Both the position numbers and the translations under genes were made by a program. Below are positions 28,180-38,008 of a DNA stretch of 64,000 bases, in pieces. Below the pieces are notes generated by a model. The model did no database searches. It had not been told where the DNA came from and saw nothing but the letters and a program-made list of their open reading frames with translations. Source of the stretch: Pirellulales bacterium. Lineage in GTDB: Bacteria; Planctomycetota; Planctomycetia; Pirellulales; JALHPA01. The stretch's first letter is position 1. Each line of letters begins with the position of its first letter. The stretch covers positions 410-64,409 of the forward strand of contig JANRLT010000009.1 in NCBI GenBank assembly GCA_033762255.1, given 5' to 3'.

Positions 28180-29259
28180 ATGCAGAAACTCCATCCGCGG
28201 CGCGGCTTTACCCTCGTGGAATTATTAGTCGTGATTGGAATAATTGGGATTTTAGTCGCTCTCTTGCTTCCCGCCGTGCAAATGGCGCGGGAAGCCGGTC
28301 GCCGGACCACCTGCCAAAATAATATTCGGCAGTTAGGCCAGGCGATGCATATTTTTTTGGATACCAAAAAGCATTTTCCCTGGGGGGCTGATCTGAAACT
28401 CGATCCCAACGGCAATCCCGCGAACAATTACAGCTACGGCTCGCACTGGAGCGCGCAAATTCTCCCGTATATCGAAGAGGGAAACCTGTATAAGCGACTG
28501 TTGCTCTTATCGGGGAACAAGCCGGAAGCCCCCGGCGACTGGAGCGGCTCCGGCAGTGGATTTGCCAATGCCAGCCTGGAAAGCTCTAACCCCACCGAAC
28601 GCAACGTGGCGGCCCAAGAACGGGTGATTGCCTTGTTTCGCTGTCCATCCATGCCCTTGGCGACAAATTACTTTAATCTTTCCTGCTACGAGGCTGGGGG
28701 TTGGGTGGTACAGCGCCGGGTGCCAGCCTCATACTTGGCCAATTGCTCTGGGATTATCGACAACGACTACCCGCGGTTCAATGACCGCCGCTTTTGGCTA
28801 AAGACCGACGGGATCTTTTTTATTGGCAGCAACACCAAGGTCAAGGAAATCAGCGACGGCCTGTCCAAGACCGTGCTTTTAGGCGAGGCTTTGCCCGATC
28901 CGTTTGATAGCGCTCCGGGAAATACCGAGCGGCTGACCAACACTCCGCAAAAAGACCCGTTTGACCTGAGCGCCTCACAAAAAGACCATTGGGCGATTGG
29001 TGGCGACGACTGTGATGACAGCGACGACTATTCAGAGTGTTGGGGGACGACCGCGGTGCGGATTGGCCTCTCAAAAGGGCACACGCTGTGGTATCAACAC
29101 GAGTTTGGTTATGGCAGCGCGCATGGGGGCGGGGATACCGCGCACATCCTGATGGCCGACACCTCTGTTCATTTACTAAATTCCGAATTGAACCCCGCTA
29201 TTTTTTCCAATATGGGCTCGCGGGCGGATGGCAAGCCCGTGCCGGGGTTTGGCAAGTAA
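28180..29259 (+). CDS. DUF1559 domain protein with a type IV pilin-like N-terminal cleavage/methylation motif
   Basis: RRGFTLVELLVVIGIIGILVALLLPAVQMAREAGRRTTCQNNIRQLGQAMH and the C-terminal motif SAHGGGDTAHILMADTSVHLL. Confidence 0.9.
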   Translation: MQKLHPRRGFTLVELLVVIGIIGILVALLLPAVQMAREAGRRTTCQNNIRQLGQAMHIFLDTKKHFPWGADLKLDPNGNPANNYSYGSHWSAQILPYIEEGNLYKRLLLLSGNKPEAPGDWSGSGSGFANASLESSNPTERNVAAQERVIALFRCPSMPLATNYFNLSCYEAGGWVVQRRVPASYLANCSGIIDNDYPRFNDRRFWLKTDGIFFIGSNTKVKEISDGLSKTVLLGEALPDPFDSAPGNTERLTNTPQKDPFDLSASQKDHWAIGGDDCDDSDDYSECWGTTAVRIGLSKGHTLWYQHEFGYGSAHGGGDTAHILMADTSVHLLNSELNPAIFSNMGSRADGKPVPGFGK

Positions 29260-29271
29260 GTTCCAAGCAAG

Positions 29272-32200
29272 CTAATTGCCGTTTACTTTTGATTCAGCCG
29301 AATCAACGGATTTTTGCGGTTCTCGGCCGGTTGGCTGTTCCCCGCTCCCCCCAGGCTGGGATGTTTTTATTCCCCATTGTTCCCGCAGCTTTTCGGGCGA
29401 GGTGGCTAACCCCTGCCCACGCAAGATTTCATAAAATTCCGGCATTCCGCGTAACGCTGCCAAATCCGCGTCTTGGGACATCTCCGTGGGGTTGGCGTAG
29501 CCCGCCCTGACCGCCGCGGTTAACGCCGTTAGTGCTTGGCTTTTGAGTTCCGCCGCGTTCTTTTCTTGCCCGGCTGCAGAACTGGCCAAGGCCAACACAC
29601 AGGCTGAATTGTACAGCGCTAATGCCGTATTTTCCGGCATGAGCGTGTTATGGGTCGTCTCGAGGGCGGCGGCGACTTGTCCCGCGCGCACTTTACTAAT
29701 GGCATAGTAGCTGGCGGCTTGGACCCACTCGTCGGTATGGCGGGTGGCGTGTTTTCCCGCTTGGGCGAATGCCGCCGCGGCCTGTTTATACTGTTCTAGG
29801 GCGTTATACGCCAGACCCTGACCAACATACGCATGCCGGACCCCATTTTTTGCGTCGGTTCGCGAGGGAAACAGGGCGATTGCGGGACGCAGGTTGTCAA
29901 TCGCTTGTTGATACCATGCCAAGCTTTCCATTGGTTGGCCCCCCTCCCGGGTCCGATCACCACAATGGTTGTACGCCCAACCGTGGCCGATGACATAATC
30001 CGGCTCGTTGGGCCGCGCGGCGGCCATTTGGCGGCGAATTTCCACAGCCTGGGTGAATTGCGGTTGGGCCTCGGCGGGCCGCCCGGTGTTTAAAAATAAT
30101 CGGCCAAGTTCTTCCAGTTCGTCGGCTAATGCGGCATGGTAAAAGATGAGTTCCGGATCAGCGAGGGTTTCGCGGAGGCGTTGAATTCTTTGTTGATGGC
30201 GGGCGATGGCCGTGGGACCCGAACGCAATTCCGCCAGGGCGGCCTCGGCTTGGGGTTTAAAGACCAAATACAATAATTTATCGGTATAGTCGATCGGGTT
30301 GCCGGTCCGGGGATCCTCTTGATCGGCATAAACATGCCGCGCGGCCCACTCATTGGCTCTTTCTAGTTCCCGTTGGGCTGGGTCAAGTTCTCCCCGTTTT
30401 GCATGGGCAATTACCCGCACCAGGTGTTCATCGGCGGTTACTTGTTCAGGGTGTTGTGTCGCTAAGGACTGCAGATAGGCCAGCGCCCCCACATCATCAC
30501 CGGCGTATAAACTGCATTGCGCGCGGAGGGAATGATAAGACTCCAACAACTGCGTTTCCGCCGGATGGATGTCGAGATCCCGCAGGTGGTTTTGTAGTTG
30601 TTCCTGGTCGATTCCGCCTGGTAGCAGCGTGGTCCAACGCAAGACCAAAAATAACGCGGGAGCTCCCGGGCGGGATTGATTGCCATCGGTAAGTTCCAGT
30701 AATTGCCGGCAGGCGGCTTGGTATTTGGGCAAATCTCCTGCCAAAGCGCGGCTGAATAAATAATACCGCCAGGCGTTTTCCACCATCCAGGGATTGAGGT
30801 CGGTTCCCTCGATTCGCGCTGCTTTTTCAAAGCGATCGCCAGCCACCGCGTACCGTCCCGCATAGAGCGCGAGTTTGCCATATTCCAGCCAGGCCGCAAG
30901 GTTATGCGGTTCTGCGGCGACCGTGGCCGCGGCCAGGTCCTCGGCCGGTTGGAGGCCAGCGGCTTTTTCCTTGGATTGCAGATGCCGCACCCTTTCCCAA
31001 TCATACCCCCGTTCATGCAGCGGGATTTGGGAAAAATGAAAATCCGCCCCCAGCCAGTCCTCCGCAAAATAGGCGGCGTTACCCCGTGCCCTTTGCCAAC
31101 GGGGCACGTCCAATTCCACGACGGGCTGGAACGATGGCAATGTTGCCAGCTTTTCCCAGGCGGATAAATATTCTTCGCGCGGCAGGGGAATCACCTGTCC
31201 CGCCGGGGAAATTCGCATCCCCGACAAGCCCTGGACTAGTTGGACAAGCTCCGCTGGAGTATGGGCCAGGGGTTGCAGCGGATAGCGGTGGATTTCCTCT
31301 AGTGATGCGGTGAACAACACGGATTTGCCATCAGCCGTCAGGTAGCCCGAACGGGAATATTCATGATGCAGCAAGGGCCAGGGGGGAGTTAGCGGCGCGG
31401 CGGTGGCGGTATGCCACAATGTTGCCGCGGCGTTCATAATTTGGTGCTTGGTTTGGCCCAAAAACGCGCGCCAAACCAGCAAATTACCCGCGGGTCGTTC
31501 ATGGACTAAGGTCAACGCGCGGGAAGCGGTATCACTGAGTTGCCAGTTCACAATTTCCGCCCCGTGGTGGATAACGTTGCCCGTGGGGCGTCCCGTGGAA
31601 TTTTCCAAGATATGCAAACTGTTTGTGAGGGTAAAATGACGCTCGCGCGTCCGGTTCCAAATAAGCGAGCCTTGGTTGGGCAGCTCCCAGGCGGGGCCTA
31701 GGGGATCGCCGGTGCGCGGATCGCGGGAACGGGCAAATTTCCGGCCTTGTTCCTCTTCGAGTGTCCAGAGGGTGTTCATCGCGGGATCATGCACTGGACG
31801 GCCCCGCAAAGCCTGCGGTAATTTCAGGTATTGTTGTTCAGCTAACAGCAAATGCAGCCAATTGCCATCGGCAAGTTGTACTTTGAGCGGCTCGCTTGAT
31901 GTATCGGGCCGCGCGCCAGCGATAAAGATATTGGCCGGCGCGCCGGAAGAAACATCCCAAGCCAAAGCCGTCTGTTCATTGACCGCGACCAAATAGCGGC
32001 CCGCGTCGATAAAGCATGTTTGCAGGGAGGGACCCCCGGACACGACTTCCGGCGTGGTCCACACCCAGTCGCCGGTCTCGCTTTCTCTTAACTGTAAAAT
32101 CGTTGATAGCTGGTTTCGTTCGGCTAGATAATTATCGGAGTGCACCAACAGCCATTTTCCCTCAGGTGAAAAACTGATCCGAGCTTCTCGCGGGACGGCA

Positions 32201-35200
32201 AACGGCTGGCCTAGCATGGTTCCAGAACGCGATTCGTGAATTTGGCAGTTGACGGTTACTCCATCCTGACTTTGGAGAAAGGCAAATTTACTAAAATCGT
32301 TGCTGACGATTAACTGCATGTGAGGTTGGGTGTGCCAACTTTCGGCAAGGACCGTGGCCTGATTGCCGGACCAATGGGTAAGCCGTGCCGGAGCCTGTGA
32401 TACAGGACGGTTACCCACCGAAGGGAGTTGATGAAAAATCGTCGTTGTGAGCAAGGTTTGCCCATCGGCGGAGAGGGGCACGACGTCATTCACCAACGAA
32501 CCCGGGGGGTGAACCAGCCGGGCCGCGGGAGTAAGGAATGTCGCGAGGGGCCATATGCGTACGACGCCATCCAGGGCGATGGTCAACACCTCGGAGCCAT
32601 CCTGGCTCAGGTGGGCGCTCAACACGGCGGCCGGATGCGTCAAAACGGGGGTCAGCGGCTGACCGTTGGCGGCGTTCCAAACACGCGCATAATTTCCCCC
32701 GGATAACAGCGCCAAGGTGCCTCCCGCGCCCAAGCTCGCTCGTAGTTCCATATCCGTGGGCAATGACAGTTCCCGAGCCAAAGCTTGACCGCGCGCGGTG
32801 TCCGCCACATGCGCCTGGTTGTGTCCATCCAGGATAATCAGGCGTTCGCCACGGGGACTAAACTGATAGTTGCGCACTCCCTCGCGAATCGGTATCGGCG
32901 AACCAACCGGGGCGCCGGTCTCCCCATCCAGAATTAACGAAAAATCATTGCTCTGATAAGCAAAAATGCGCTCGCCTAATGGGTCGAATTCACCGATTCT
33001 GAATAATTGGGAATCACCCGGAGTGATTAACGAGTTAGTCTCCACGGGATGTAACGTGGTTGTATCGTACAACCGTGGAGGCGAAATCGACACCAGACCT
33101 TCTTGTGCGAGGGGATGTAAGGTCGCCGCGATCAGCCGCCTCCCCGCTTTGCCCAAGAGCGCTGATTGGCGATTTCCTGTCGAAAACCCAAATCTATCCC
33201 GGTTGGTGTTTTCAGAGTGGTGCGGGGGGCCTAAGGGTTGATTGGTGGAGAAATCCCAGATTTGCAGGGTGTTCGAGGAAGCATCGCTTTTCCCCTGCAT
33301 CATGTTTACCAGGGCAAAGCGCCGATCAGGCGAAAATAATTGGATCCCCCCCGGTTGCTCCGGGCTTACGGGTTGGCCATCGTTGACTCGCCAGGCGCGC
33401 CAGGTTGCCCCGTCACGAATCAGAGTGCTGCCGACAAGCAGTTTCTGGTCGGTGGTCAAAAAAGCAAATCCGACGCCCGAAGATAAGCGGAGCGGCTGGT
33501 ATTTTTGTGTTGCGGCGGATATTTCCCACACCAGGATTTCGCCCGCGGACGGGGACGCTTTTGTGTATTCACCGCCGTTGCGGGCCAAGTTTGAGTCGGG
33601 CAAAGGTTGTATCAAGGCCACCGCCGTTCCCTCGGCTGTAAAAAATGGGAGATCTTCGGCATGGTTGAGGATATGCCGCAACGGAGGGCTGATCGCGCGT
33701 CCGGTGGCGGTAGTCCAGATTTGGACTTCCTGGAAAGAGCCTTCTCCCCCTAAGGGGCGCATCGTCCAAAAAAATGTTCCCTGTGAATTAAAGCCGAGGC
33801 GCGTTTCGCTTTCCAAAAAAGGGTCCGCCGTGGAACGGGGGTCCGCCAGGCGAATCGGAGCGAACTGCGGCGCGCCGTTAGCCCGTTGCCAGCAGTCCAC
33901 GATCAATTCCCCCTTCCCGCGGGTTACGGTAAAAATTTTGGTATGGGACGGATCAAATCCGGCTTGCACGATCTGCCCGGGTTGAGCCAGCCACGCTTGG
34001 CGCGGCCGGGGACACATGGCCGCGGTTGTTCCTAGCCGGATCCGGTGCTCCTCTTCCCGCCGGGGATCGGGCGCGTCCGCCTCCCGCGCCGCCGCAAACC
34101 AGGTCAGGGCTTCCTGGAAATTCGCTTGTTCCAGCAGCTTGGCGCCATTAGCCACGTATTGCCGGGCCAGACTACGGCGATTTGCCAGGTCCGCGGTTTT
34201 GGCTTTTTGCTCTTCGCTGGTCGCTTTTTGAAGAGCATCCTTGGTTTTTGATTGCTCGGTTGTCACCTGATTGTAGGCCGTTTGCAGGTTGCCGCGCGCC
34301 AACTCCGCCTCCAGTAGTCCCCACCCCGTTCCCGCCAGACCCAGGATAAGCGCTAACAGCAATAAACTGGCCGCCAAAACCGCCCCTTTGTGTTTCGCCA
34401 AAAACTTGCGTATCCGATATAGGGTGGTGGGGGGATGGGCCAGCACCGGCTCTCCCGCCAGGTATTTGCCAATATCCGCAGCAAAGCCCGTGGCCGATTC
34501 ATACCGCCGCGAGCGGTCCTTTTCCAACGCCTTCATCACGATCCAATCGAGCTCATTCCGCAAGATTCCCGCCAGCGCCCGGGGTTCCGTCCGCCGCGTG
34601 GCGGCCAAACTGGACAATGTGGCCGAGGTGCTTACCTTGGTGCTGGGCCGGGGGGGGTCTTGCTCCCGCACGATCCGCAGCATCTCAATCAGACCCGCCT
34701 TTTGTATGTCTTCCTGCGTAAAGGGGGGGCTGCCGGTCAAGATTTCGTAGAGCAGCACGCCGAGGGAGTAAATGTCCGACCGGGTATCAATATCCAGGTT
34801 GTTAAATGTCGCTTGTTCCGGCGACATATATTGCGGCGTTCCCACCACCGTTCCAAAGCCTGTTTGCAGCGTGCGGTCGGTCAACGGCTGGCCGATCGCC
34901 TTGGCCACGCCAAAGTCGATCACCTTGGGCACGGGTTGATCGTCGTACAGCGCGATTAATACGTTACTGGGCTTGATATCGCGGTGAATGATCCCCTTTT
35001 GATGGGCGTGCTGGATGGCCTGGCACACGGGGATAAACAATTCCAGCCGTTCGCGGGGGTTCAACCGCCGTTCATCGCAATACTGCGTGATCGGTATGCC
35101 CCGGACTAGCTCCAACACAAAGTAGGGCCGCCCGTCGGGCGCGGTCCCTGCGTCCAGCACTCGGGCGATATTGGGGTGTTCCATCAGCGCGAGCGCCTGC

Positions 35201-35574
35201 CGCTCGGCCTCAAAGCGGGCCAGGACCAGTTTGCTATCCATCCCCGCTTTGATTAGCTTGATCGCCACCAAGCGCCGCACGGGATGATGTTGCTGCGCCA
35301 TCCAGACGCTTCCCATCCCCCCTTCGCCTATCTGTTCCAGCAGTTGATAAGGCCCGATCGACATTCCCGGTTTGTCAATTCCGGGCAAATCCACCGTCGC
35401 CTGTAACTTTACCGCGGGTTGCTCCATAAATGCCGCGTTCTGCTCATGCAACTCAAGCAATTTTTCGATCCTGGTCTGCAGGGCGGAATTTTCTCCGCAA
35501 ACCCGCCGCAAATACGCTGGCCGCTCTGCCGCGGGCAGTTCGATCGCCGCCGAAAAAATCGTAAGCTCATTCAT
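29272..35574 (-). CDS. Giant (~2100 aa) Ser/Thr protein kinase: kinase domain, TM helix, beta-propeller-like repeats, TPR-like alpha-solenoid
   Basis: GEGGMGSVWMA...AIKLIK, HRDIKPSNVLIA, DFGVAKA and YMSPEQ. TM helix AVLAASLLLLALILGLAGTGWGLL. The C-terminal third is rich in TPR-like helices. ATG at 35574 (MNELTIFSAAIELP...). Confidence 0.9.
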   Translation of the reverse strand: MNELTIFSAAIELPAAERPAYLRRVCGENSALQTRIEKLLELHEQNAAFMEQPAVKLQATVDLPGIDKPGMSIGPYQLLEQIGEGGMGSVWMAQQHHPVRRLVAIKLIKAGMDSKLVLARFEAERQALALMEHPNIARVLDAGTAPDGRPYFVLELVRGIPITQYCDERRLNPRERLELFIPVCQAIQHAHQKGIIHRDIKPSNVLIALYDDQPVPKVIDFGVAKAIGQPLTDRTLQTGFGTVVGTPQYMSPEQATFNNLDIDTRSDIYSLGVLLYEILTGSPPFTQEDIQKAGLIEMLRIVREQDPPRPSTKVSTSATLSSLAATRRTEPRALAGILRNELDWIVMKALEKDRSRRYESATGFAADIGKYLAGEPVLAHPPTTLYRIRKFLAKHKGAVLAASLLLLALILGLAGTGWGLLEAELARGNLQTAYNQVTTEQSKTKDALQKATSEEQKAKTADLANRRSLARQYVANGAKLLEQANFQEALTWFAAAREADAPDPRREEEHRIRLGTTAAMCPRPRQAWLAQPGQIVQAGFDPSHTKIFTVTRGKGELIVDCWQRANGAPQFAPIRLADPRSTADPFLESETRLGFNSQGTFFWTMRPLGGEGSFQEVQIWTTATGRAISPPLRHILNHAEDLPFFTAEGTAVALIQPLPDSNLARNGGEYTKASPSAGEILVWEISAATQKYQPLRLSSGVGFAFLTTDQKLLVGSTLIRDGATWRAWRVNDGQPVSPEQPGGIQLFSPDRRFALVNMMQGKSDASSNTLQIWDFSTNQPLGPPHHSENTNRDRFGFSTGNRQSALLGKAGRRLIAATLHPLAQEGLVSISPPRLYDTTTLHPVETNSLITPGDSQLFRIGEFDPLGERIFAYQSNDFSLILDGETGAPVGSPIPIREGVRNYQFSPRGERLIILDGHNQAHVADTARGQALARELSLPTDMELRASLGAGGTLALLSGGNYARVWNAANGQPLTPVLTHPAAVLSAHLSQDGSEVLTIALDGVVRIWPLATFLTPAARLVHPPGSLVNDVVPLSADGQTLLTTTIFHQLPSVGNRPVSQAPARLTHWSGNQATVLAESWHTQPHMQLIVSNDFSKFAFLQSQDGVTVNCQIHESRSGTMLGQPFAVPREARISFSPEGKWLLVHSDNYLAERNQLSTILQLRESETGDWVWTTPEVVSGGPSLQTCFIDAGRYLVAVNEQTALAWDVSSGAPANIFIAGARPDTSSEPLKVQLADGNWLHLLLAEQQYLKLPQALRGRPVHDPAMNTLWTLEEEQGRKFARSRDPRTGDPLGPAWELPNQGSLIWNRTRERHFTLTNSLHILENSTGRPTGNVIHHGAEIVNWQLSDTASRALTLVHERPAGNLLVWRAFLGQTKHQIMNAAATLWHTATAAPLTPPWPLLHHEYSRSGYLTADGKSVLFTASLEEIHRYPLQPLAHTPAELVQLVQGLSGMRISPAGQVIPLPREEYLSAWEKLATLPSFQPVVELDVPRWQRARGNAAYFAEDWLGADFHFSQIPLHERGYDWERVRHLQSKEKAAGLQPAEDLAAATVAAEPHNLAAWLEYGKLALYAGRYAVAGDRFEKAARIEGTDLNPWMVENAWRYYLFSRALAGDLPKYQAACRQLLELTDGNQSRPGAPALFLVLRWTTLLPGGIDQEQLQNHLRDLDIHPAETQLLESYHSLRAQCSLYAGDDVGALAYLQSLATQHPEQVTADEHLVRVIAHAKRGELDPAQRELERANEWAARHVYADQEDPRTGNPIDYTDKLLYLVFKPQAEAALAELRSGPTAIARHQQRIQRLRETLADPELIFYHAALADELEELGRLFLNTGRPAEAQPQFTQAVEIRRQMAAARPNEPDYVIGHGWAYNHCGDRTREGGQPMESLAWYQQAIDNLRPAIALFPSRTDAKNGVRHAYVGQGLAYNALEQYKQAAAAFAQAGKHATRHTDEWVQAASYYAISKVRAGQVAAALETTHNTLMPENTALALYNSACVLALASSAAGQEKNAAELKSQALTALTAAVRAGYANPTEMSQDADLAALRGMPEFYEILRGQGLATSPEKLREQWGIKTSQPGGSGEQPTGREPQKSVDSAESKVNGN

Positions 35575-35736
35575 CTGGATGACCCTGAATCCGCCGGGAA
35601 CTTTCCTCATCCTAGCATGGCGGTTTTTTGACGGGGAACGCGCAGCAAAAAATTCTCCATTTACCCCGTTTAGCGCTATTTTTTCCACTTGACGGCAAAA
35701 TCTTGCCCCGGCAATGGGGCTGGTCAGTGAAGTTGC

Positions 35737-36306
35737 TTAGGACTTTTGGGGCGTGTCGCGAATCTCCGCCGCCAGCCACGCGCGGGCATAAGCCCAGATT
35801 TGGTCGGCCTTGCGGGGTGAAATATCCAGTTCGCAGGCAATTTGCGGAATGGTTAGCCCTCCAAAATATCGCAATTTGACCAGATTTGCCGCGAGGGAGT
35901 GATGTCGCTGCAATTCCTCGAGGGCCGCGTGGACCTCCAGAATTTCCTGGTCGGGAAGCGGACTGTGCAACTGATCCAATTCGGTCGCTGCCCGCTGATA
36001 CTCGCCTCCATGCTTTAGGGCCAATTTGCGGCGGGCGTTATCGACCAGAATTCGCCGCATGGTTTCGGCAATTGCCCCTAAAAAATGGGCTCGATTTTGC
36101 CAGGGCGCGCTTGAATTGGCCTTTGATAATCGCAGGTAGGCCTCGTGCACCAGGGCCGTGGCCTCCAGGGTTTGCCCCGGACGCTCGTGGGCCAGTTTGG
36201 ATGCTGCCAACGCGCGCAATTCATCGTACAAAGACTCCAACAACCGTTGGGTTGCCTGGGGGTCCTGCGGATCAAAGTCCTCAAAAAGTTGCGTGCTTTG
36301 GGTCAT
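35737..36306 (-). CDS. ECF-type sigma factor (the Sigma70_ECF family common in Planctomycetes/Acidobacteria)
   Basis: LLESLYDELRALAASKLAHERPGQTLEATALVHEAYLRL and the region 4 segment LVKLRYFGGLTIPQIACELDISPRKADQIWAYARAWL. Confidence 0.85.
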   Translation of the reverse strand: MTQSTQLFEDFDPQDPQATQRLLESLYDELRALAASKLAHERPGQTLEATALVHEAYLRLSKANSSAPWQNRAHFLGAIAETMRRILVDNARRKLALKHGGEYQRAATELDQLHSPLPDQEILEVHAALEELQRHHSLAANLVKLRYFGGLTIPQIACELDISPRKADQIWAYARAWLAAEIRDTPQKS

Positions 36307-36408
36307 GATGTCATATTAATCGGTAAACCGCCTCATGAAAACTACGTTCTCTTCGCGTGGTGTCGGGGGGGATGCAAGGGGAACTTTTTATACGAGGGAG
36401 TGAACACG

Positions 36409-37749
36409 ATGGCCCGTATTCAACAATTTGCGATTTCGCGGCGGGGATTTCTGCGGTCAAGTAGTGCCATCGCGGCGGCCCTGGGCCTGCCCGCCTGGTA
36501 CGCCCAGGAGGTGCTTTCCCGGGGGGAGGCCGCCGAAGTAAAATCGCCGAATGAAAAACTGAATATTTTGCTGGTGGGCTGCGGCGGCCAGGGTCGGGGG
36601 GATGCCAACGCCGCATTAAAGTTTGGCAATGTTGTCGCGGTATGTGATGTGGATGAACAACACGCCTCCGCCGCCGCAAAACAATTCCAGGCGACGCCGT
36701 ATGGCGATTTTCGCAAGGCGATGGAACACCCCGGCGTCGATGTGGTGATTAACGGAACGCCGGACCATTGGCACACGCTGATCAACATCCACGCCATGCG
36801 CAGCGGTAAGGATGTCTACAGTGAAAAGCCGCTAACCTTGACCATTGGCGAGGGGCAAAAGCTGGTTCAGGTCGCGAATGAGACCAAACGCATTTTACAG
36901 ACCGGTAGCCAACAACGCAGCGATGCGACATTTCGCCTGGCGTGCGAACTGGTGCGTAATGGCCGGATCGGCAAATTGACGCACATCCTGACCATGCTGC
37001 CATCGGGTCCGGTCCAAGGCCCGTTTAAAACCGCTCCCGTGCCAGAGGGTTTGGACTGGGATTTTTGGCAGGGACAAGCCCCGGCGACCGACTATGTGCC
37101 CGAACGGGGACATATCAAATTCCGCTTTTGGCATGATTATTCTGGTGGGACGATGACCGATTGGGGCGCGCATCATAATGACATCGCCCAATGGGCCAAC
37201 GGGACCGAACGTTCGGGTCCGATGAGCGCCGCGGGAAAAATTTTGGCCGAACCGATCAAGGGTGGATTTACGACCATCGGCCGCTACGAAGTGGAATATG
37301 AATACGCTAACGGGGTAAAGCATACCTGCAAAAGCGTCGCCCGCGAAAATTTTTACGGCCAACCCACGGGCGAAACACCGATCCCCGGTGAGCGGAACGG
37401 CGTCAAGTTTACCGGCACGGATGGCTGGATCTTTGTCACGCGCGGATTTATTGAGGCGAGCGATCCGGATTTGTTAAAAACGGAACTCCCCGCCAGCGCC
37501 GAGCGGCTGTATACCAGCAACAACCACATGGGGAACTTTGTGGAATGTGTGCGAACTCGCAAACCCGCGATTTGCGAGCCGGAAATCGGCCACCGTAGCG
37601 TGTCGGTCTGCCACCTGGGCGTGATTTCCTTGCGTTTGGGCCGTAAGGTCAATTGGAACCCCGAACAGGAAACCTTTGGCGACGATGCCGAAGCCAATGC
37701 GTTTATTCACCGCGAAATGCGCAAACCTTGGAGTTATGACGCGGTATAA
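36409..37749 (+). CDS. Gfo/Idh/MocA family oxidoreductase with a Tat signal
   Basis: ATG at 36409 preceded by GAGGGAG. Tat signal SRRGFLRSSSAIAAALGL. Rossmann and family motifs ILLVGCGGQGRGDA, VAVCDVD, NGTPDHWH and DVYSEKP. Confidence 0.85.
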   Translation: MARIQQFAISRRGFLRSSSAIAAALGLPAWYAQEVLSRGEAAEVKSPNEKLNILLVGCGGQGRGDANAALKFGNVVAVCDVDEQHASAAAKQFQATPYGDFRKAMEHPGVDVVINGTPDHWHTLINIHAMRSGKDVYSEKPLTLTIGEGQKLVQVANETKRILQTGSQQRSDATFRLACELVRNGRIGKLTHILTMLPSGPVQGPFKTAPVPEGLDWDFWQGQAPATDYVPERGHIKFRFWHDYSGGTMTDWGAHHNDIAQWANGTERSGPMSAAGKILAEPIKGGFTTIGRYEVEYEYANGVKHTCKSVARENFYGQPTGETPIPGERNGVKFTGTDGWIFVTRGFIEASDPDLLKTELPASAERLYTSNNHMGNFVECVRTRKPAICEPEIGHRSVSVCHLGVISLRLGRKVNWNPEQETFGDDAEANAFIHREMRKPWSYDAV

Positions 37750-37780
37750 CAAAGCCGCCGATGGCATCGGCGGGTATACC

Positions 37781-37940
37781 GGGGTCGGGAGTCGTGGGCG
37801 GTGCGGACTAACAATTCTGTTATGACCTGACTCGACCAGGAGTCCCGTCCCAATGCGCCATGTTTGAGGGGGACGGGAGTGCCTGGCGAGGGATGGTGAG
37901 TGGCGGTTGAAAGCTGTTAGCGCCAGCCACTCCCGACCCC
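37781..37940 (+). other. Nested inverted repeats in the leader of the heme-binding dehydrogenase gene (a structured RNA or DNA element)
   Basis: Outer 12-bp pairing GGGGTCGGGAGT (37781-37792) / ACTCCCGACCCC (37929-37940). Inner 9-bp pairing TCCCGTCCC (37843-37851) / GGGACGGGA (37870-37878). A competing stem GAGTGGC (37898-37904) / GCCACTC (37926-37932) overlaps the outer one. Confidence 0.35.
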
Positions 37941-38008
37941 GCGTTCGTAATCCGCGATTTCAAATTTTAGATTAGCATTCCCCTTTGCATTCAAGGAGAT
38001 CCATCCTC

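Noticed and set aside
36145-36408. Upstream extension of the Gfo/Idh/MocA ORF overlapping the sigma factor gene
   Set aside because: The ATG at 36409 has a GAGGGAG ribosome-binding site and starts directly with a Tat signal. The extension is antisense to a well-supported sigma gene.
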